Assembly: GCA_965223155.1 (NCBI GenBank)
Contig: CBDCVR010000014.1
Span: 896,001-960,000 of the forward strand
Length of the DNA stretch: 64,000 nt
Direction: 5' to 3'
From: Candidatus Multivoradales bacterium
GTDB taxonomy: Bacteria; Acidobacteriota; Thermoanaerobaculia; Multivoradales; JAHEKO01
Below are positions 18,099-28,552 of this stretch, piece after piece (position 1 is the stretch's first letter; the number at the start of each line of letters is the position of its first letter). The position numbers and the translations under genes were made by a program. The notes under the pieces are model-generated. The model saw nothing but the letters and a program-made list of their open reading frames with translations, searched no databases and had not been told where the DNA came from.

Positions 18099-19192
18099 CT
18101 CCGGCCGCCGCCGGCCGGGTCGAACTCGCGCCCGGCTACCCCATCGCGCCGGTTCTGACCGGTTGCTGGCAGCTCGCCGCCGGCCACGGCGGTACCCGGC
18201 CGTCCGATTTCGGTGAGCTGGAGCGGCGCTTGGCCGAGCTGGTCGATGGCGGCTTGACCACCTTCGACTGCGCCGACATCTACACCGGCGTCGAGAACGC
18301 CCTCGGCCGCTTTCTGGCGCGATGCGCGCGGCGCGCGGAGGTTCAGATCCACACCAAGTACGTTCCCGACCTCGACGAGCTGCCGACCCTGACCCGGAAC
18401 TCGGTCGCCGGCGCCATCGAGTGCTCGCTCGGGCGTCTCGGGGTCGAGCGTCTGGACCTCGTCCAGTTCCACTGGTGGGACTACGAAGTACCGGGAGCGG
18501 TGGCGGTCGCGGGCTGGCTCGACGAGCTCCGGCTCGAAGGCAAGATCCGGCATCTGGGAGTCACCAACTTCGATGCCGAGCATCTCGAGCCCATCCTCGC
18601 GGCAGGCGTGCCGATCGTCAGCAATCAGGTTCAGTATTCGGTCGTGGACCGGCGTCCGGCGGGCGCGATGACCACGCTCGCCCGACGCTCCGGCTTCCGG
18701 CTCCTGACCTATGGCTCGCTGGCCGGAGGCTTCCTGACCGATCGCTACCGGGGCCGCGAGCGGCCCGACGGCGAGCTCGCCAACCGCTCGCTGGTGAAGT
18801 ACCGCGAGATTCTGGACGAGCTGGGCTGGGAGACCTTCCAGGAGCTTCTCGGCGCGGTCGCGACGGCCGCCGCCCGCCACGAGGTGCCGACCGCCCGACT
18901 CGCCGCCGGCTGGGTCCTGAGCCAGCCGGAGGTGGCTGGCATCATCCTGGGACTGGGCTCGCGGAACCGCCTCGAGGAGCGCTTGGCCCTCGCCCAGCGG
19001 GTCAGACAAGACCTAGGTACTAGCGAACGAGGTACCAGGCTCGAACAAGCCCTCGCCGAGCTCGACGACATCGTCGCCCGCTACCCCGGCATCGCCGGTC
19101 CCGTCTTCGGGCTAGAGCGCGAGCCGTATGGCCGCCACCTCAAGCTCCTCAAGCGGAACTTGCGGTCGGGCTCCCAAGGGCAGGTCAGCTAG
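18095..19192 (+). CDS. Aldo/keto reductase
   Basis: GCWQLAAGHG, FDCADIYTGVE, IHTK, LDLVQFHWWD, GKIRHLGVTNFD, NQVQYS; GTGA overlap with the upstream gene. Confidence 0.92.
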   Translation: MTPAAAGRVELAPGYPIAPVLTGCWQLAAGHGGTRPSDFGELERRLAELVDGGLTTFDCADIYTGVENALGRFLARCARRAEVQIHTKYVPDLDELPTLTRNSVAGAIECSLGRLGVERLDLVQFHWWDYEVPGAVAVAGWLDELRLEGKIRHLGVTNFDAEHLEPILAAGVPIVSNQVQYSVVDRRPAGAMTTLARRSGFRLLTYGSLAGGFLTDRYRGRERPDGELANRSLVKYREILDELGWETFQELLGAVATAAARHEVPTARLAAGWVLSQPEVAGIILGLGSRNRLEERLALAQRVRQDLGTSERGTRLEQALAELDDIVARYPGIAGPVFGLEREPYGRHLKLLKRNLRSGSQGQVS

Positions 19193-19237
19193 ACCGAATC
19201 AATTCGGTCAGAACCGCCCCTCCGCTAGACTGCCGGC

Positions 19238-21040
19238 ATGAACCGATTGACTTGGCTCGCCGCCGTCTTGGCCCTCCTGAGCGGCGCCGACGGCGCGCTA
19301 GGCGGCGAACCGGCCTCCAGCTACGGCCCTCCCCTGGCCCAGGCCTACGTCGAACGTTACTTCGAGACCTTTCCCACCCGAGCGACCGCGGCCGGACGGC
19401 ACGAATTCGACTCGCGGCTCGAAGACCTCTCGCCCGAGACGCTCGGCGCCTGGGTCGATTTCAACCGGACGATCGCGGCCCAGATCGAAAACGCTCTGGC
19501 TGGAACGGATCTCGGCTTCGACGACCGGCGGGATCTGGAGCTGGTGCTGCGGCGGGCACAAAGGGAGCTCTTCGACCACGAAGTCCTCCACCTGCCGGCG
19601 ACCTATCCCTTGTACTGGAGCGGCCTGGCAAGCAACGCCACCGTGATGCTCCTGGTCCGCGACGACCTGCCTTTGTCCAAGAGGCTGAGCGCGGCCCGCG
19701 ACCGCGCCGCCCTGCTGCCCCGGCTGGCGGCGCAAGCCCAAGCCGCGCTGAGCGCGAGTGATCCGGGGCGGGTCGCGCCCGAGATCGCGCGCATGGCCGC
19801 CGGCCAGCTCCGCGCCTCGGCCAGGTTCTACCGGGAGGGCTTCGCCCGGGCGGGGGACGCCGACCCCGCTCTCGAAGCCACTCTCGACGCCGCTCTCGAA
19901 GCGGGGCTCGAGGCGGGGCTTCGCCCTTCACTCGAGCTCACCGGCGCCGCCGCGGCCGCGGCTCTGGACAAGCTGGCCGCGAGCGTTGAAACGCTCGCCG
20001 AGCGCGCCACCGGCGCCCCCCGTCTGGGCAAACACTACGCCGAGCGCTTCCGGCGAGTAACCGGCCTCCAGACTCCCCTAGCCGAGGTACTGGCCCGGGC
20101 CGAGGCGGCGCTGGGCGAGAAGCGGGCCGAAGCCGCGGCTTTCGGCCGCTCGGTCTGGGAGGACCTCTTGCCCGGGCAAGAGGCTCCGGCCAAAGACCGG
20201 GAGCTTCTGGCTGCTCTCTTCGACCGGGTCGCCCGGGATCACGCCGCCGACACCGACGAGTTTCTCGAGGACTACCGAACCCTGGTTGCCGAATCCGTCG
20301 CCTTCGTGCGCGAGCGCGACGTCATGACCCTGCCCGAGCCCTTGACCCTCATCATCGATCGATCGCCACCGTTTTTCGTGGGTCAGAGCGTGGGCGGCGT
20401 CTACGCCGCCGGGCCGTTCGCCGACGCCGACTCCAAGACGTTGCTCTTCCTGCCGACGCCGCGGCCGGACGCGAGCGCCGAGGAGCTCGAGGGCTTCTTC
20501 CGGGACTTCAACCACCATTTCAACGTCATGATCACGCCGCACGAGATCATTCCCGGCCACTATCTCCAGCTCAAGCTGGCCGCCCGGCATCCGCGCAAGG
20601 TGCGCGCGCTCTTCGGCGATGGCGTCTACATCGAAGGCTGGGGAACCTTCTGCGAACGCCTGATGCTGGATCTCGGCTGGGGCGGCCCGCTGGACCGGCT
20701 GGCCCATCTCAAGAAGCAGCTCGAGAACATCGCCCGCACCATCGTCGACATCCGCGTTCACACCCAGGGCATGACCCGGGACGAGGTCCTGGCCTTCGTC
20801 CGCGACGAAGCGCTCCAGGACGAGCAGTTCGCCGCCAACATGTGGCGCCGGTCGATCACCAGCGCTCCCCAGCTCACCAGCTACTTCCAGGGATACGAGC
20901 AGGTCATGAGCCTGTACGAGGAAGTCCAGCGCTCCCGCGGCCCGGACTTCGACTTGAAGGAGTTCCTGGACGGCATGATGCGCATGGGTCCGATCCCGGT
21001 ACGATTCTACCGGGAGGCCATGCTCGGCGACGCCGGCTAA
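19238..21040 (+). CDS. DUF885 family metalloprotein
   Basis: Signal peptide; HEIIPGHYLQ, YIEGWG, IVDIRVH, PQLTSYFQG. Confidence 0.88.
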   Translation: MNRLTWLAAVLALLSGADGALGGEPASSYGPPLAQAYVERYFETFPTRATAAGRHEFDSRLEDLSPETLGAWVDFNRTIAAQIENALAGTDLGFDDRRDLELVLRRAQRELFDHEVLHLPATYPLYWSGLASNATVMLLVRDDLPLSKRLSAARDRAALLPRLAAQAQAALSASDPGRVAPEIARMAAGQLRASARFYREGFARAGDADPALEATLDAALEAGLEAGLRPSLELTGAAAAAALDKLAASVETLAERATGAPRLGKHYAERFRRVTGLQTPLAEVLARAEAALGEKRAEAAAFGRSVWEDLLPGQEAPAKDRELLAALFDRVARDHAADTDEFLEDYRTLVAESVAFVRERDVMTLPEPLTLIIDRSPPFFVGQSVGGVYAAGPFADADSKTLLFLPTPRPDASAEELEGFFRDFNHHFNVMITPHEIIPGHYLQLKLAARHPRKVRALFGDGVYIEGWGTFCERLMLDLGWGGPLDRLAHLKKQLENIARTIVDIRVHTQGMTRDEVLAFVRDEALQDEQFAANMWRRSITSAPQLTSYFQGYEQVMSLYEEVQRSRGPDFDLKEFLDGMMRMGPIPVRFYREAMLGDAG

Positions 21041-22221
21041 GCCGGGTCGTCGGGCTCGAGAGCGGCCGCTAGCTCGGCCCGGATCTCCTCGTTGTGCTCG
21101 CCCAGAAGCGGCGGGTGGCGCCTGTAGGTCGGGCCCGCCGACGTCGCCTTGATGGGGAGCCCGATCGAGCGCACCAGGCCCAGGAGCGGGTGCTCCAGCT
21201 CGACGATCATGCCCCGCGCCCGGACGTGCTCGTCGGCCACGGCCTCGTCCGGGAAGTTGATCGGGCCGGCGGGAATGCCTTCGGCCACCAGGGCCTCAGC
21301 CCAGTCCGCAGCGTCCCGGGTGGCGAAGATCGCCTCGAGCGCCGGCAGGAGCTCGGCCCGGTTCCGGATCCGGTCCGGGTTGGTGGCGAAGCGGGGATCC
21401 TCCATCAGAGTCTCCTCCACTCCCAGAACCCGGCAGAAGCGCCGCCATAGCGGCTCGGTCCCGACTCCCACGATCAGGTCCTTGTCCCGCGCCCGGAACG
21501 GCTGGTAGGGCACGATCGACGGATGGGCGTTGCCGATCTTGACCGGGCGCTCGCCGGTGGCGAAGTAGGATCCGGCGATGTTGGCCAGCCAGGTGAGCTG
21601 GCTATCGACAAGCGAGACGTCCACGAGCTGGCCGCGTCCGGTACCCTGCCCCTCCCGGTCGCGCTCGTACAGAGCCGCCAGAATGCCCAGCAGGGCGTAG
21701 ACGCCGGCCGAGATGTCGGCCATCGCGGTCGGGTAGCGCATCGGCCCATCGTCCGGACCGCCGGTGATCGCCATCAAACCCGCCTCGCCCTGGGCGATGA
21801 CGTCGTAGCCGCCGCGGCCGGCCTTGAGGCCGGTGTGCCCGTAGCCGCTGATCGCGCCATACACCAGGGCCGGGTTGAGACCGGCGACGGTATGCGGGTC
21901 CAGCCGGTACCGCGCGAGCGAGTCCATGCGCGGATTGTTGGTCAAGAAGACGTCGGCCGAAGCGATCAACCCGTGCAGAACGGCAAGATCGCCGGCATCG
22001 CGGATGTCCAGCTCGATCGAGCGCTTGTTGCGGTTGACCGACAGGAAATAGGCACTCTCCCCGTCCAGGAACGGCGGTCCCCAGCGCCGCGATTGGTCAC
22101 CGAGACCGCGCCGCTCGATCTTGATGACGTCGGCCCCCAGGTCCCCCAACGCCATCGCGCAGTAGGGTCCGGCCAACGCCTCGGTCATCTCGAGCACGCG
22201 GATTCCGTCGAGTACCGCCAT
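21037..22221 (-). CDS. CaiB/BaiF family III CoA transferase
   Basis: LDGIRVLE..AGPYCAM.LGDLGADVIKIE, NRNKRSI, GYDVIAQGEAG, PPLLGEHN. Confidence 0.95.
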   Translation of the reverse strand: MAVLDGIRVLEMTEALAGPYCAMALGDLGADVIKIERRGLGDQSRRWGPPFLDGESAYFLSVNRNKRSIELDIRDAGDLAVLHGLIASADVFLTNNPRMDSLARYRLDPHTVAGLNPALVYGAISGYGHTGLKAGRGGYDVIAQGEAGLMAITGGPDDGPMRYPTAMADISAGVYALLGILAALYERDREGQGTGRGQLVDVSLVDSQLTWLANIAGSYFATGERPVKIGNAHPSIVPYQPFRARDKDLIVGVGTEPLWRRFCRVLGVEETLMEDPRFATNPDRIRNRAELLPALEAIFATRDAADWAEALVAEGIPAGPINFPDEAVADEHVRARGMIVELEHPLLGLVRSIGLPIKATSAGPTYRRHPPLLGEHNEEIRAELAAALEPDDPA

Positions 22222-22294
22222 TCCGCAACTCTATCGAGCCCCGGCCCGCGCGTCCGAACCGGTCTCGGAACGCTCCTGCTGGTAGCGAATCCGG

Positions 22295-22891
22295 CTAGCC
22301 GGCGTCGGACGCAGCGCCTTCGCCTTCGCCTTCGCCCTCATCCCCGGCCTGGCCGAAGAGAGCGAGGTAGCGGCCGTAGCCTTCGGCTTCGAGCTCGGCG
22401 ACCGGAATGAACCGCAGCGCCGCCGAGTTCATGCAGTAGCGCAAACCGGTGGGCCGAGGTCCGTCGGTGAAGACGTGGCCCAGATGGGAATCGCCGTGCT
22501 TTGAGCGGATCTCGGTGCGGGTCATGAAGAGCTTGCGGTCCACCTTCTCGACCAAATTGCCCGGCTCGAGGGGTTCCCAGAACGACGGCCATCCGGTGCC
22601 CGACCGATACTTGGCGAGCGAGCTAAAAAGCGGCTCCCCGCTCACGATGTCGACGTAGATGCCCGCCTTCTTGTTGTCCCAGTACTCATTGGCGAAAGGC
22701 CGCTCGGTGGCGTCCTCCTGGGTCACGCTATACTGCAAAGGCGTCAGCTTCGAGCGTAACTCGTCGTCACTAGGCTTCGAATACACGGTCTCTCCGGCTG
22801 AGTCGCCACCGGCCTCGGCTTCGGCCCGGGCACTGGCAACCGCTGTCAATGTACCAAGTGCGACGACGACGGCTAGGGTTGGGTGGGTCAT
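22295..22891 (-). CDS. msrB: Peptide-methionine (R)-S-oxide reductase with signal peptide
   Basis: [57 protein letters not shown]; GGAGGAG RBS. Confidence 0.95.
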   Translation of the reverse strand: MTHPTLAVVVALGTLTAVASARAEAEAGGDSAGETVYSKPSDDELRSKLTPLQYSVTQEDATERPFANEYWDNKKAGIYVDIVSGEPLFSSLAKYRSGTGWPSFWEPLEPGNLVEKVDRKLFMTRTEIRSKHGDSHLGHVFTDGPRPTGLRYCMNSAALRFIPVAELEAEGYGRYLALFGQAGDEGEGEGEGAASDAG

Positions 22892-22943
22892 ATGGGTCTC
22901 CTCCGCTGGAGTACGAATGACATCACGCCGGAGCCGCCAAGTC

Positions 22944-22992
22944 CTCACGAAGGATTCACATTTCCGGCCGGACAGCGTGAAGATTTCGTGAG
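22944..22992. promoter_or_regulatory. Two divergent direct-repeat boxes (YGTGAA-N5-CGTGAG), putative OmpR-family binding sites
   Basis: ctcacgaaggattcaca (22944-22960, minus) and cgtgaagatttcgtgag (22976-22992, plus); a third copy lies at 25278. Confidence 0.65.
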
Positions 22993-23096
22993 GTTGGGCG
23001 CATAGACTTTCGCGAGCCGCGAACCCGAGCACGGCATGCGGTTGAGCCGAGCGGACTCCCAGGTTCCGAACCCCAGACCTGCCCAATGACAGCCCC

Positions 23097-23807
23097 ATGA
23101 CTGCCCAGCGCCAGGTCCTCTTGATCGAAGACGATCCCGACATCGCTCATCTGGTGGAGCTCCACCTCAGGGATCTCGACTGCCGGACCACAATCGAGCA
23201 TCGGGGACCGGAAGGCCTGGCTCGGGCCGAGGCCGGGAATATCGACCTCGTGATCCTGGATCTGATGCTGCCCGGACTGGACGGTCTCGAGATCTGCAAG
23301 CGCCTCCGAGCGGGGGCCAAGCGACACGTGCCGATCCTGATGCTCACCGCCCGCTCGACCGAGCTCGACCGCGTCCTCGGACTCGAGATCGGCGCCGATG
23401 ACTACCTCACCAAGCCCTTCTCCATCCTGGAGCTGGTGGCGCGGGTCAAGGCTTTGTTCCGGCGAGTCGAGGCCTTGGCGGCTCGCGGGACCGAGGCGCC
23501 ACTGGCCGCGATCCAGCACGGGGCGCTCCGCATCCAGCCGGCGGAGCGGCAGGTCACGGTCGACGGCGAAGAGATCCGGCTGACGGCAAAGGAGTTCGAC
23601 CTGCTTGTGCACTTCGCCTCTCACCCCGGACGGGTCTTCACCCGGGCGCAGCTCCTGGACTCGGTCTGGGGCTACGGGCACGAGGGCTACGAACACACCG
23701 TCAACTCGCACATCAACCGATTGCGGGCCAAGATCGAGCCCGAGCCCTCCCGACCCCGCTGGATCGAGACGGTTTGGGGCGTCGGATACAAGTTTCCGGG
23801 AGCCTGA
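23097..23807 (+). CDS. OmpR/PhoB family response regulator
   Basis: [25 protein letters not shown], winged helix [25 protein letters not shown]. Confidence 0.96.
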   Translation: MTAQRQVLLIEDDPDIAHLVELHLRDLDCRTTIEHRGPEGLARAEAGNIDLVILDLMLPGLDGLEICKRLRAGAKRHVPILMLTARSTELDRVLGLEIGADDYLTKPFSILELVARVKALFRRVEALAARGTEAPLAAIQHGALRIQPAERQVTVDGEEIRLTAKEFDLLVHFASHPGRVFTRAQLLDSVWGYGHEGYEHTVNSHINRLRAKIEPEPSRPRWIETVWGVGYKFPGA

Positions 23808-25282
23808 TGTTCAAGACCCTGTACACGCGGCTGGCGGCCGCTCTAATGGGAATCCTGCTCCTCGCCGCGGTACTGCTGATTGCCTTCGACCTCATCTCGA
23901 ACCGCAGACTGCTGCAAGAGATCAATCAGGATGTCCACCGCGATCTGGCCGGCCAGCTCCTGGACGAGTCGATTCCGATCCAGGATGGCCGCATCGATCC
24001 CGACGCCCTCGAGCACATCTTCCACATGCTGATGGTCATCAACCCGGCGATCGAGGTGTATCTGCTCGACCCCGGGGGTGCGGTGCTGGCCTACTCCGCC
24101 AAGCCCGGCAGCGTGGTCCGCATGAGGGTAGACACCGAACCGATCCGGCGCTTCCTCGAACCCGGGGCCCGCCTCCCCCTATTCGGAGACGATCCCAAGT
24201 CGGCGGCCAAGCGCAAGGTCTTCTCAGCGGCTCCGATCCCGGCCGACCGCGGCGGCGGCTACCTCTACGTCATCCTCGGCGGCCAGCAGTACGAATCCAC
24301 GGCCTCGATGCTTCAGACCAGCCGCAGCTTGCGCTTGGGCGCTGCAGCGCTGGTCGGGATCCTGGCCGCCGCCGCCGCGGCCGGTCTGCTGCTCTTCGCC
24401 TCGATCACGCGACCCGTGCGCACGCTCGTGGGCTCGGTCAAGCGCTTCCAGTCCTCGAACTTCGCCGGTGTCTTCGAGGCCTCCGGAGCTCCGGCGACGG
24501 CGGAGCTCGAAGACCTGGAGCGGGCCTTCGCCGACATGGCGGAGCGTTTGGCCGAGCATATGAGCGAGCTTCGCAAGACGGATGAGCTCCGCCGCGACCT
24601 CATCGCCAACGTCTCCCACGACCTGCGAACCCCGATCACCTCGCTGCGCGGATATCTGGAGACCCTGTCGCTCAAAGCGCACCTCCTGTCCGAGACCGAG
24701 AGGAAGGAGTATCTCGACGTCGCCCTGCGGCACAGCGAACGGCTCGGCAAGCTGGTCGCCGATCTCTTCGAGCTCGCCCGCCTGGATTCTCTCGCCACTG
24801 AGCTCGCCTGTGAGCCGGTGGCCCTTGCCGAGCTCCTGGCCGACATCCTCCAGGGCTTCGAGCTCGAAGCCGAGCGGCAGAAGGTCACGTTGCAGGCAGC
24901 CATCGACGCCTCCGACTCGGCCTTCGCGGAAACCGATGCGGGCCTCATCGAACGGATTCTCGGGAACTTGCTGGACAACGCCATCCGGCATACTCCGCAA
25001 GGCGGCCACGTCACGCTCGGCCTCGCCCCAGCGCCGGACGGTTACCGCATCACGGTCCAAGACACAGGGCCGGGAATCGCACCTGAAGACCTGCCCCACC
25101 TGTTCGACCGCTTCTTCCGCAGGGCCACCGGGCCTTCGGCCTCGCGGGACGGCGCCGGCTTGGGCCTGGCGATCGCCCAACAGGCCCTCAACGTCCTGGG
25201 AAGCGAGCTCGAGGTCTCGTCCGGAACTCCGGATTCGCCCGGCGCCACCTTCGCCTTCGTTCTCGGATCGAAGCCTTCGTGA
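23807..25282 (+). CDS. HAMP-HisKA-HATPase sensor histidine kinase
   Basis: Two TMs; periplasmic FHMLMVINPAIEVYLLD; ANVSHDLRTP, NLLDNAIRH, DTGPGI, GAGLGLAI. Confidence 0.95.
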   Translation: MFKTLYTRLAAALMGILLLAAVLLIAFDLISNRRLLQEINQDVHRDLAGQLLDESIPIQDGRIDPDALEHIFHMLMVINPAIEVYLLDPGGAVLAYSAKPGSVVRMRVDTEPIRRFLEPGARLPLFGDDPKSAAKRKVFSAAPIPADRGGGYLYVILGGQQYESTASMLQTSRSLRLGAAALVGILAAAAAAGLLLFASITRPVRTLVGSVKRFQSSNFAGVFEASGAPATAELEDLERAFADMAERLAEHMSELRKTDELRRDLIANVSHDLRTPITSLRGYLETLSLKAHLLSETERKEYLDVALRHSERLGKLVADLFELARLDSLATELACEPVALAELLADILQGFELEAERQKVTLQAAIDASDSAFAETDAGLIERILGNLLDNAIRHTPQGGHVTLGLAPAPDGYRITVQDTGPGIAPEDLPHLFDRFFRRATGPSASRDGAGLGLAIAQQALNVLGSELEVSSGTPDSPGATFAFVLGSKPS

Positions 25283-25294
25283 ACGAAACGTGAG
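25278..25294 (+). promoter_or_regulatory. Third YGTGAA-N5-CGTGAG box, upstream of the spondin gene
   Basis: cgtgaacgaaacgtgag. Confidence 0.6.
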
Positions 25295-25388
25295 ACTTCG
25301 CGGATCACTCCGTGAAGGTCTCCCGTCATCGTTCGGTTGTTCCCAATGGGCGCTCCACTCGGAGCGCCCACAACCCAAGGAGGACTTG

Positions 25389-26036
25389 ATGACCAAGAAC
25401 ACCAAACCGCTTCGAGCCTTACTGGCGCCGGCACTCGGCTGTCTCGCCCTGGTGCTCGCCACCGCCGGCGTCGCCCAGGCCGCACCCTTCGACGTCACCA
25501 TCTACAACGCTTCGGCCCAGATCTTCTCGCCGCCGATCGTGGTGACCCACCGAGCAGCGCTCGATCTGGTATCGGTCGGCGAGACCGCGTCGAGTGAGCT
25601 CGCGGCGGTGGCCGAAGACGCCGACAGCGAGGGCTACCTGGCGGCGCTCCAGACGCTGGGCGGCGTGCGGGACGTCGCCATCGGCGACGGCGTCATCCTG
25701 CCCGGCGAATCGATGACCGTACGCGTCGATGGCAACAACTCGACGTTCACCGTGCTCGGGATGATGGTCACCACCAACGACACGCTCTACGTCGCTCGCC
25801 AGCGCGTCAAGGCCCGAGCTTCCTTCTTCGGTAGCGCCTACGATGCCGGCAGCGAGGCCAACACTCTCGACTGTGCCCACATTCCGGGACCTCCCTGCGG
25901 CAATGCCGGCGTCAGGGTGACGAACGGCGCCGAGGGCAAGATCACCATCAGCCAGGGGATCAACCGCGGCCGGCTCCGGCCCTTCGACTGGCGCGATCCC
26001 GTGGTCAAGGTAAGCATCCGCCGCGCCAGCAACTAG
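25389..26036 (+). CDS. Secreted spondin-domain (Spondin_N-like) protein
   Basis: AGGAGG RBS; signal peptide; QIFSPPIVVTH, AVAEDAD, ILPGES, MMVTTND, AYDAGSEANT..CAHIPGPPC. Confidence 0.85.
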   Translation: MTKNTKPLRALLAPALGCLALVLATAGVAQAAPFDVTIYNASAQIFSPPIVVTHRAALDLVSVGETASSELAAVAEDADSEGYLAALQTLGGVRDVAIGDGVILPGESMTVRVDGNNSTFTVLGMMVTTNDTLYVARQRVKARASFFGSAYDAGSEANTLDCAHIPGPPCGNAGVRVTNGAEGKITISQGINRGRLRPFDWRDPVVKVSIRRASN

Positions 26037-26230
26037 GCTCGAGCCTCGCGACCAAGCTCGCCACCCGCCACGTCTCCCGTGCGGGCCGGGACTGCGGTTC
26101 CGCCCGCACGGGAGCTGGACCGGCCTGGACTGCGCTCGGCGCAGGACCCAGTAGCGACCGTCTCGCCGCTGGGCGCTCGACCGTGCTTCCGAGTCGAGCT
26201 GGGATGGAGATCCGGCCGCGGCCGTCGCCG

Positions 26231-26833
26231 TCAGTTGTCCTGAGCTCGGGTCTCGAGCCGGGACAGGGTCACCGCTTGCCCACCGCCGGCGCCTTCGTGG
26301 CAGCCTGGCAGGCTCGAGAGATCCGCCTTCTTCTCGACCACATCGACACAGAGCGTCAGCTCGGTGTTCCGGGCCAAGCGGCTCCCCACCGGCTCGATGG
26401 TGACCATGAGAACAGAGCCCGCACGCGCGTTCTTGGTCAGCCTCTTCGACGCCGAGAAGGATCCGTCCGCGGCCAGAACGACCGGAATCGAGAGCTTGCC
26501 CCCGGCCCGGCCGCTCGCGGCGTCTTCGAAGCGCGCCATCACGAGAACTCGCCCGGGCAACGCGCCACCCGGGGGCGCCTCCGCCAGACCCGAGATTCGC
26601 GCGTACCGCTTCTTGAGCTTGAGAGCGTCGGGAAAGAACCAGGTATGAACCAAGCTCGCGTCACCGGCGTCGAGGGTCCTCGAGAGTCTAATGAAGAACC
26701 GCAGCCGCTGGAACCGATCGCCCGAGAAGTCCAACGCGCACCCCTGAGCCACCAGAAGCGAGAACGCGAGCACCCAGAGCAGGCAACGGCTGGCGACCCG
26801 TGCAGGCGGACGACGGCGTGAATTGAAGCGCAT
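26231..26833 (-). CDS. Hypothetical lipoprotein
   Basis: Basic N-terminus, hydrophobic stretch and AQGC lipobox; follows the MaoC gene. Confidence 0.55.
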   Translation of the reverse strand: MRFNSRRRPPARVASRCLLWVLAFSLLVAQGCALDFSGDRFQRLRFFIRLSRTLDAGDASLVHTWFFPDALKLKKRYARISGLAEAPPGGALPGRVLVMARFEDAASGRAGGKLSIPVVLAADGSFSASKRLTKNARAGSVLMVTIEPVGSRLARNTELTLCVDVVEKKADLSSLPGCHEGAGGGQAVTLSRLETRAQDN

Positions 26834-26873
26834 GCCTTGCCTACGTGGCGGGCTATTCCCAACCGCCGTTGGC

Positions 26874-27344
26874 CTAGCCCTCCCCGGAACAGACGAAGAG
26901 ACCCAGAGTGCGAGCGGCCAGGGCCGGGCGCTGGCGCCCTTCGATCTCGACCTCGACCTCTACGGTCACCAGGAAGCGTCCGGGCCGGCGCTCGGTCACC
27001 TCGACGACCTCGCCCCGCGCTCGCACCCGGGACCCGCTCGGCACCGGCTCGATCCAGCGCACCCGATCGATACCGTAGTTGATGGCCCGCTCCAACCCTC
27101 GCGGCAAGAGCATGGACTCCTCGAGAAGCTTGGGCAGCAACGACAGCGTCAGAAAACCGTGCGCGATCGTCCCCCCGAGTCCGGCGGCCACAGCCCGGGC
27201 AGGATCCACGTGCAGAAACTGGCGATCCTCAGTAGCTTCGGCGAACGCGTCGATACGGTCCTGGTCGACTTCGAACCATGGCGAAGGCTCGAGCCGGGTG
27301 CCCGCCAGCTCGCGAAAGCGTTCGATGGGAAGAAGCCTATCCAC
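26874..27344 (-). CDS. MaoC family dehydratase
   Basis: VDQDRIDAFAEATEDRQFLHVDP..GGTIAHGFLTLSL..NYGIDRVR. Confidence 0.93.
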   Translation of the reverse strand: MDRLLPIERFRELAGTRLEPSPWFEVDQDRIDAFAEATEDRQFLHVDPARAVAAGLGGTIAHGFLTLSLLPKLLEESMLLPRGLERAINYGIDRVRWIEPVPSGSRVRARGEVVEVTERRPGRFLVTVEVEVEIEGRQRPALAARTLGLFVCSGEG

Positions 27345-27359
27345 GTCCAGAGTTCAGGA

Positions 27360-28460
27360 TCACCCTAGCAGGCGATCGATGCGTTGCAGGTCGATCGAGC
27401 GCGCGGCTGTGAGACCACATCCTCGCACGCCGTCGAGGAGCGAGGCGAAACGCGGATCGCGAGTGTGCCCCCGGAGGTAGCGAGCGTAGATCTGCTGGAT
27501 GATGACCGCCAGCTTGAACACCCCGTAGACATAGTAGAAGACCAATCCGTCGAGGCCGGTGCCGCCGAGCTCGGTGTAGCGCTGCGCAACCTCCGCCCGC
27601 TCCGGATTGCCGGGCAGTGTCGTGGGACTCAAAGCAAGCTTGTGGAGCTCCTCCGGATCGTCCGCGTCGATCCAGTATCCGAGCATCGTTCCCAGATCCA
27701 TCAAGGGATCGCCAACGGTGGCCATCTCCCAATCGAGCACTGCCCGAACCCGAGCCGGGTCCGCAGCGTCCAGAACCAGATTGTCGTACTTGAAGTCGTT
27801 GTGGACGAGCGCGGCCCGACGCCCGCCGGCATCCTCGTGGTCCGGCATCGAGTCCAGAAGCCAGCGGGCCACCTTCTCCATCGCGGCCACCTCATCGGTC
27901 CTGGCGGCCCGCCACCTCTCGGTCCAGCCCTCGATCTGGCGGCGCACGTACCCCTGCGGACGTCCCAGCTCACAAAGCCCGGGCCGGGTGGCATCGAGGC
28001 CGTGCAACTCGACCAGCGTACGGACCAGCGAGTCCGCGATCGCCGCCATCAGCTCCTCAGAAGGCACCTCGTCCGAGGCCATGCAGCCTCGCAGCACCAC
28101 GCCCTCGACCCGCTCCATCAGGTAGAACGGTCCACCCAGGACGCTCGGATCGGCGCACGCGACGAGGGGCTTCGGCGCCTTGTCGTAGAGGCCGTCGAGC
28201 GCCGACAGGATCCTGTACTCGCGCCCAACGTCATGGCCGCTAGGGACATTGGCTCCCGGCGGCGGCCGGCGCAGGACCAGATCGCGGCCGGCGACCCGGA
28301 CGCGGTAGGTGAGATGCGAGTAGCCGTGCGGAAACTGGCCGATCTCGACCGGTCCGGCCAACTCCGGCGCGACCGTCGCGAAGAAGGCCTCGAGGGCGGT
28401 CACGTCGAGCTCTTCGCCGGGACGAACCGCGGTCGCACGATCGGTTGGGAGTCCGGCCAC
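27360..28460 (-). CDS. APH/choline kinase family phosphotransferase (ACAD10/11 N-terminal-like)
   Basis: GYSHLTY, LVLRRPP, HDVGREY, LVHNDFKYDN, VLDWEMATVGDPLMDL. Confidence 0.92.
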   Translation of the reverse strand: MAGLPTDRATAVRPGEELDVTALEAFFATVAPELAGPVEIGQFPHGYSHLTYRVRVAGRDLVLRRPPPGANVPSGHDVGREYRILSALDGLYDKAPKPLVACADPSVLGGPFYLMERVEGVVLRGCMASDEVPSEELMAAIADSLVRTLVELHGLDATRPGLCELGRPQGYVRRQIEGWTERWRAARTDEVAAMEKVARWLLDSMPDHEDAGGRRAALVHNDFKYDNLVLDAADPARVRAVLDWEMATVGDPLMDLGTMLGYWIDADDPEELHKLALSPTTLPGNPERAEVAQRYTELGGTGLDGLVFYYVYGVFKLAVIIQQIYARYLRGHTRDPRFASLLDGVRGCGLTAARSIDLQRIDRLLG

Positions 28461-28552
28461 CTCGTCGACTTTCTCCAGTCGCCTGACTACCTTACCAAGA
28501 AGGCAACCGACGGCCGGCCGGCGCCGGATGTCCGCCGGCGCGGCTCTCCGTC

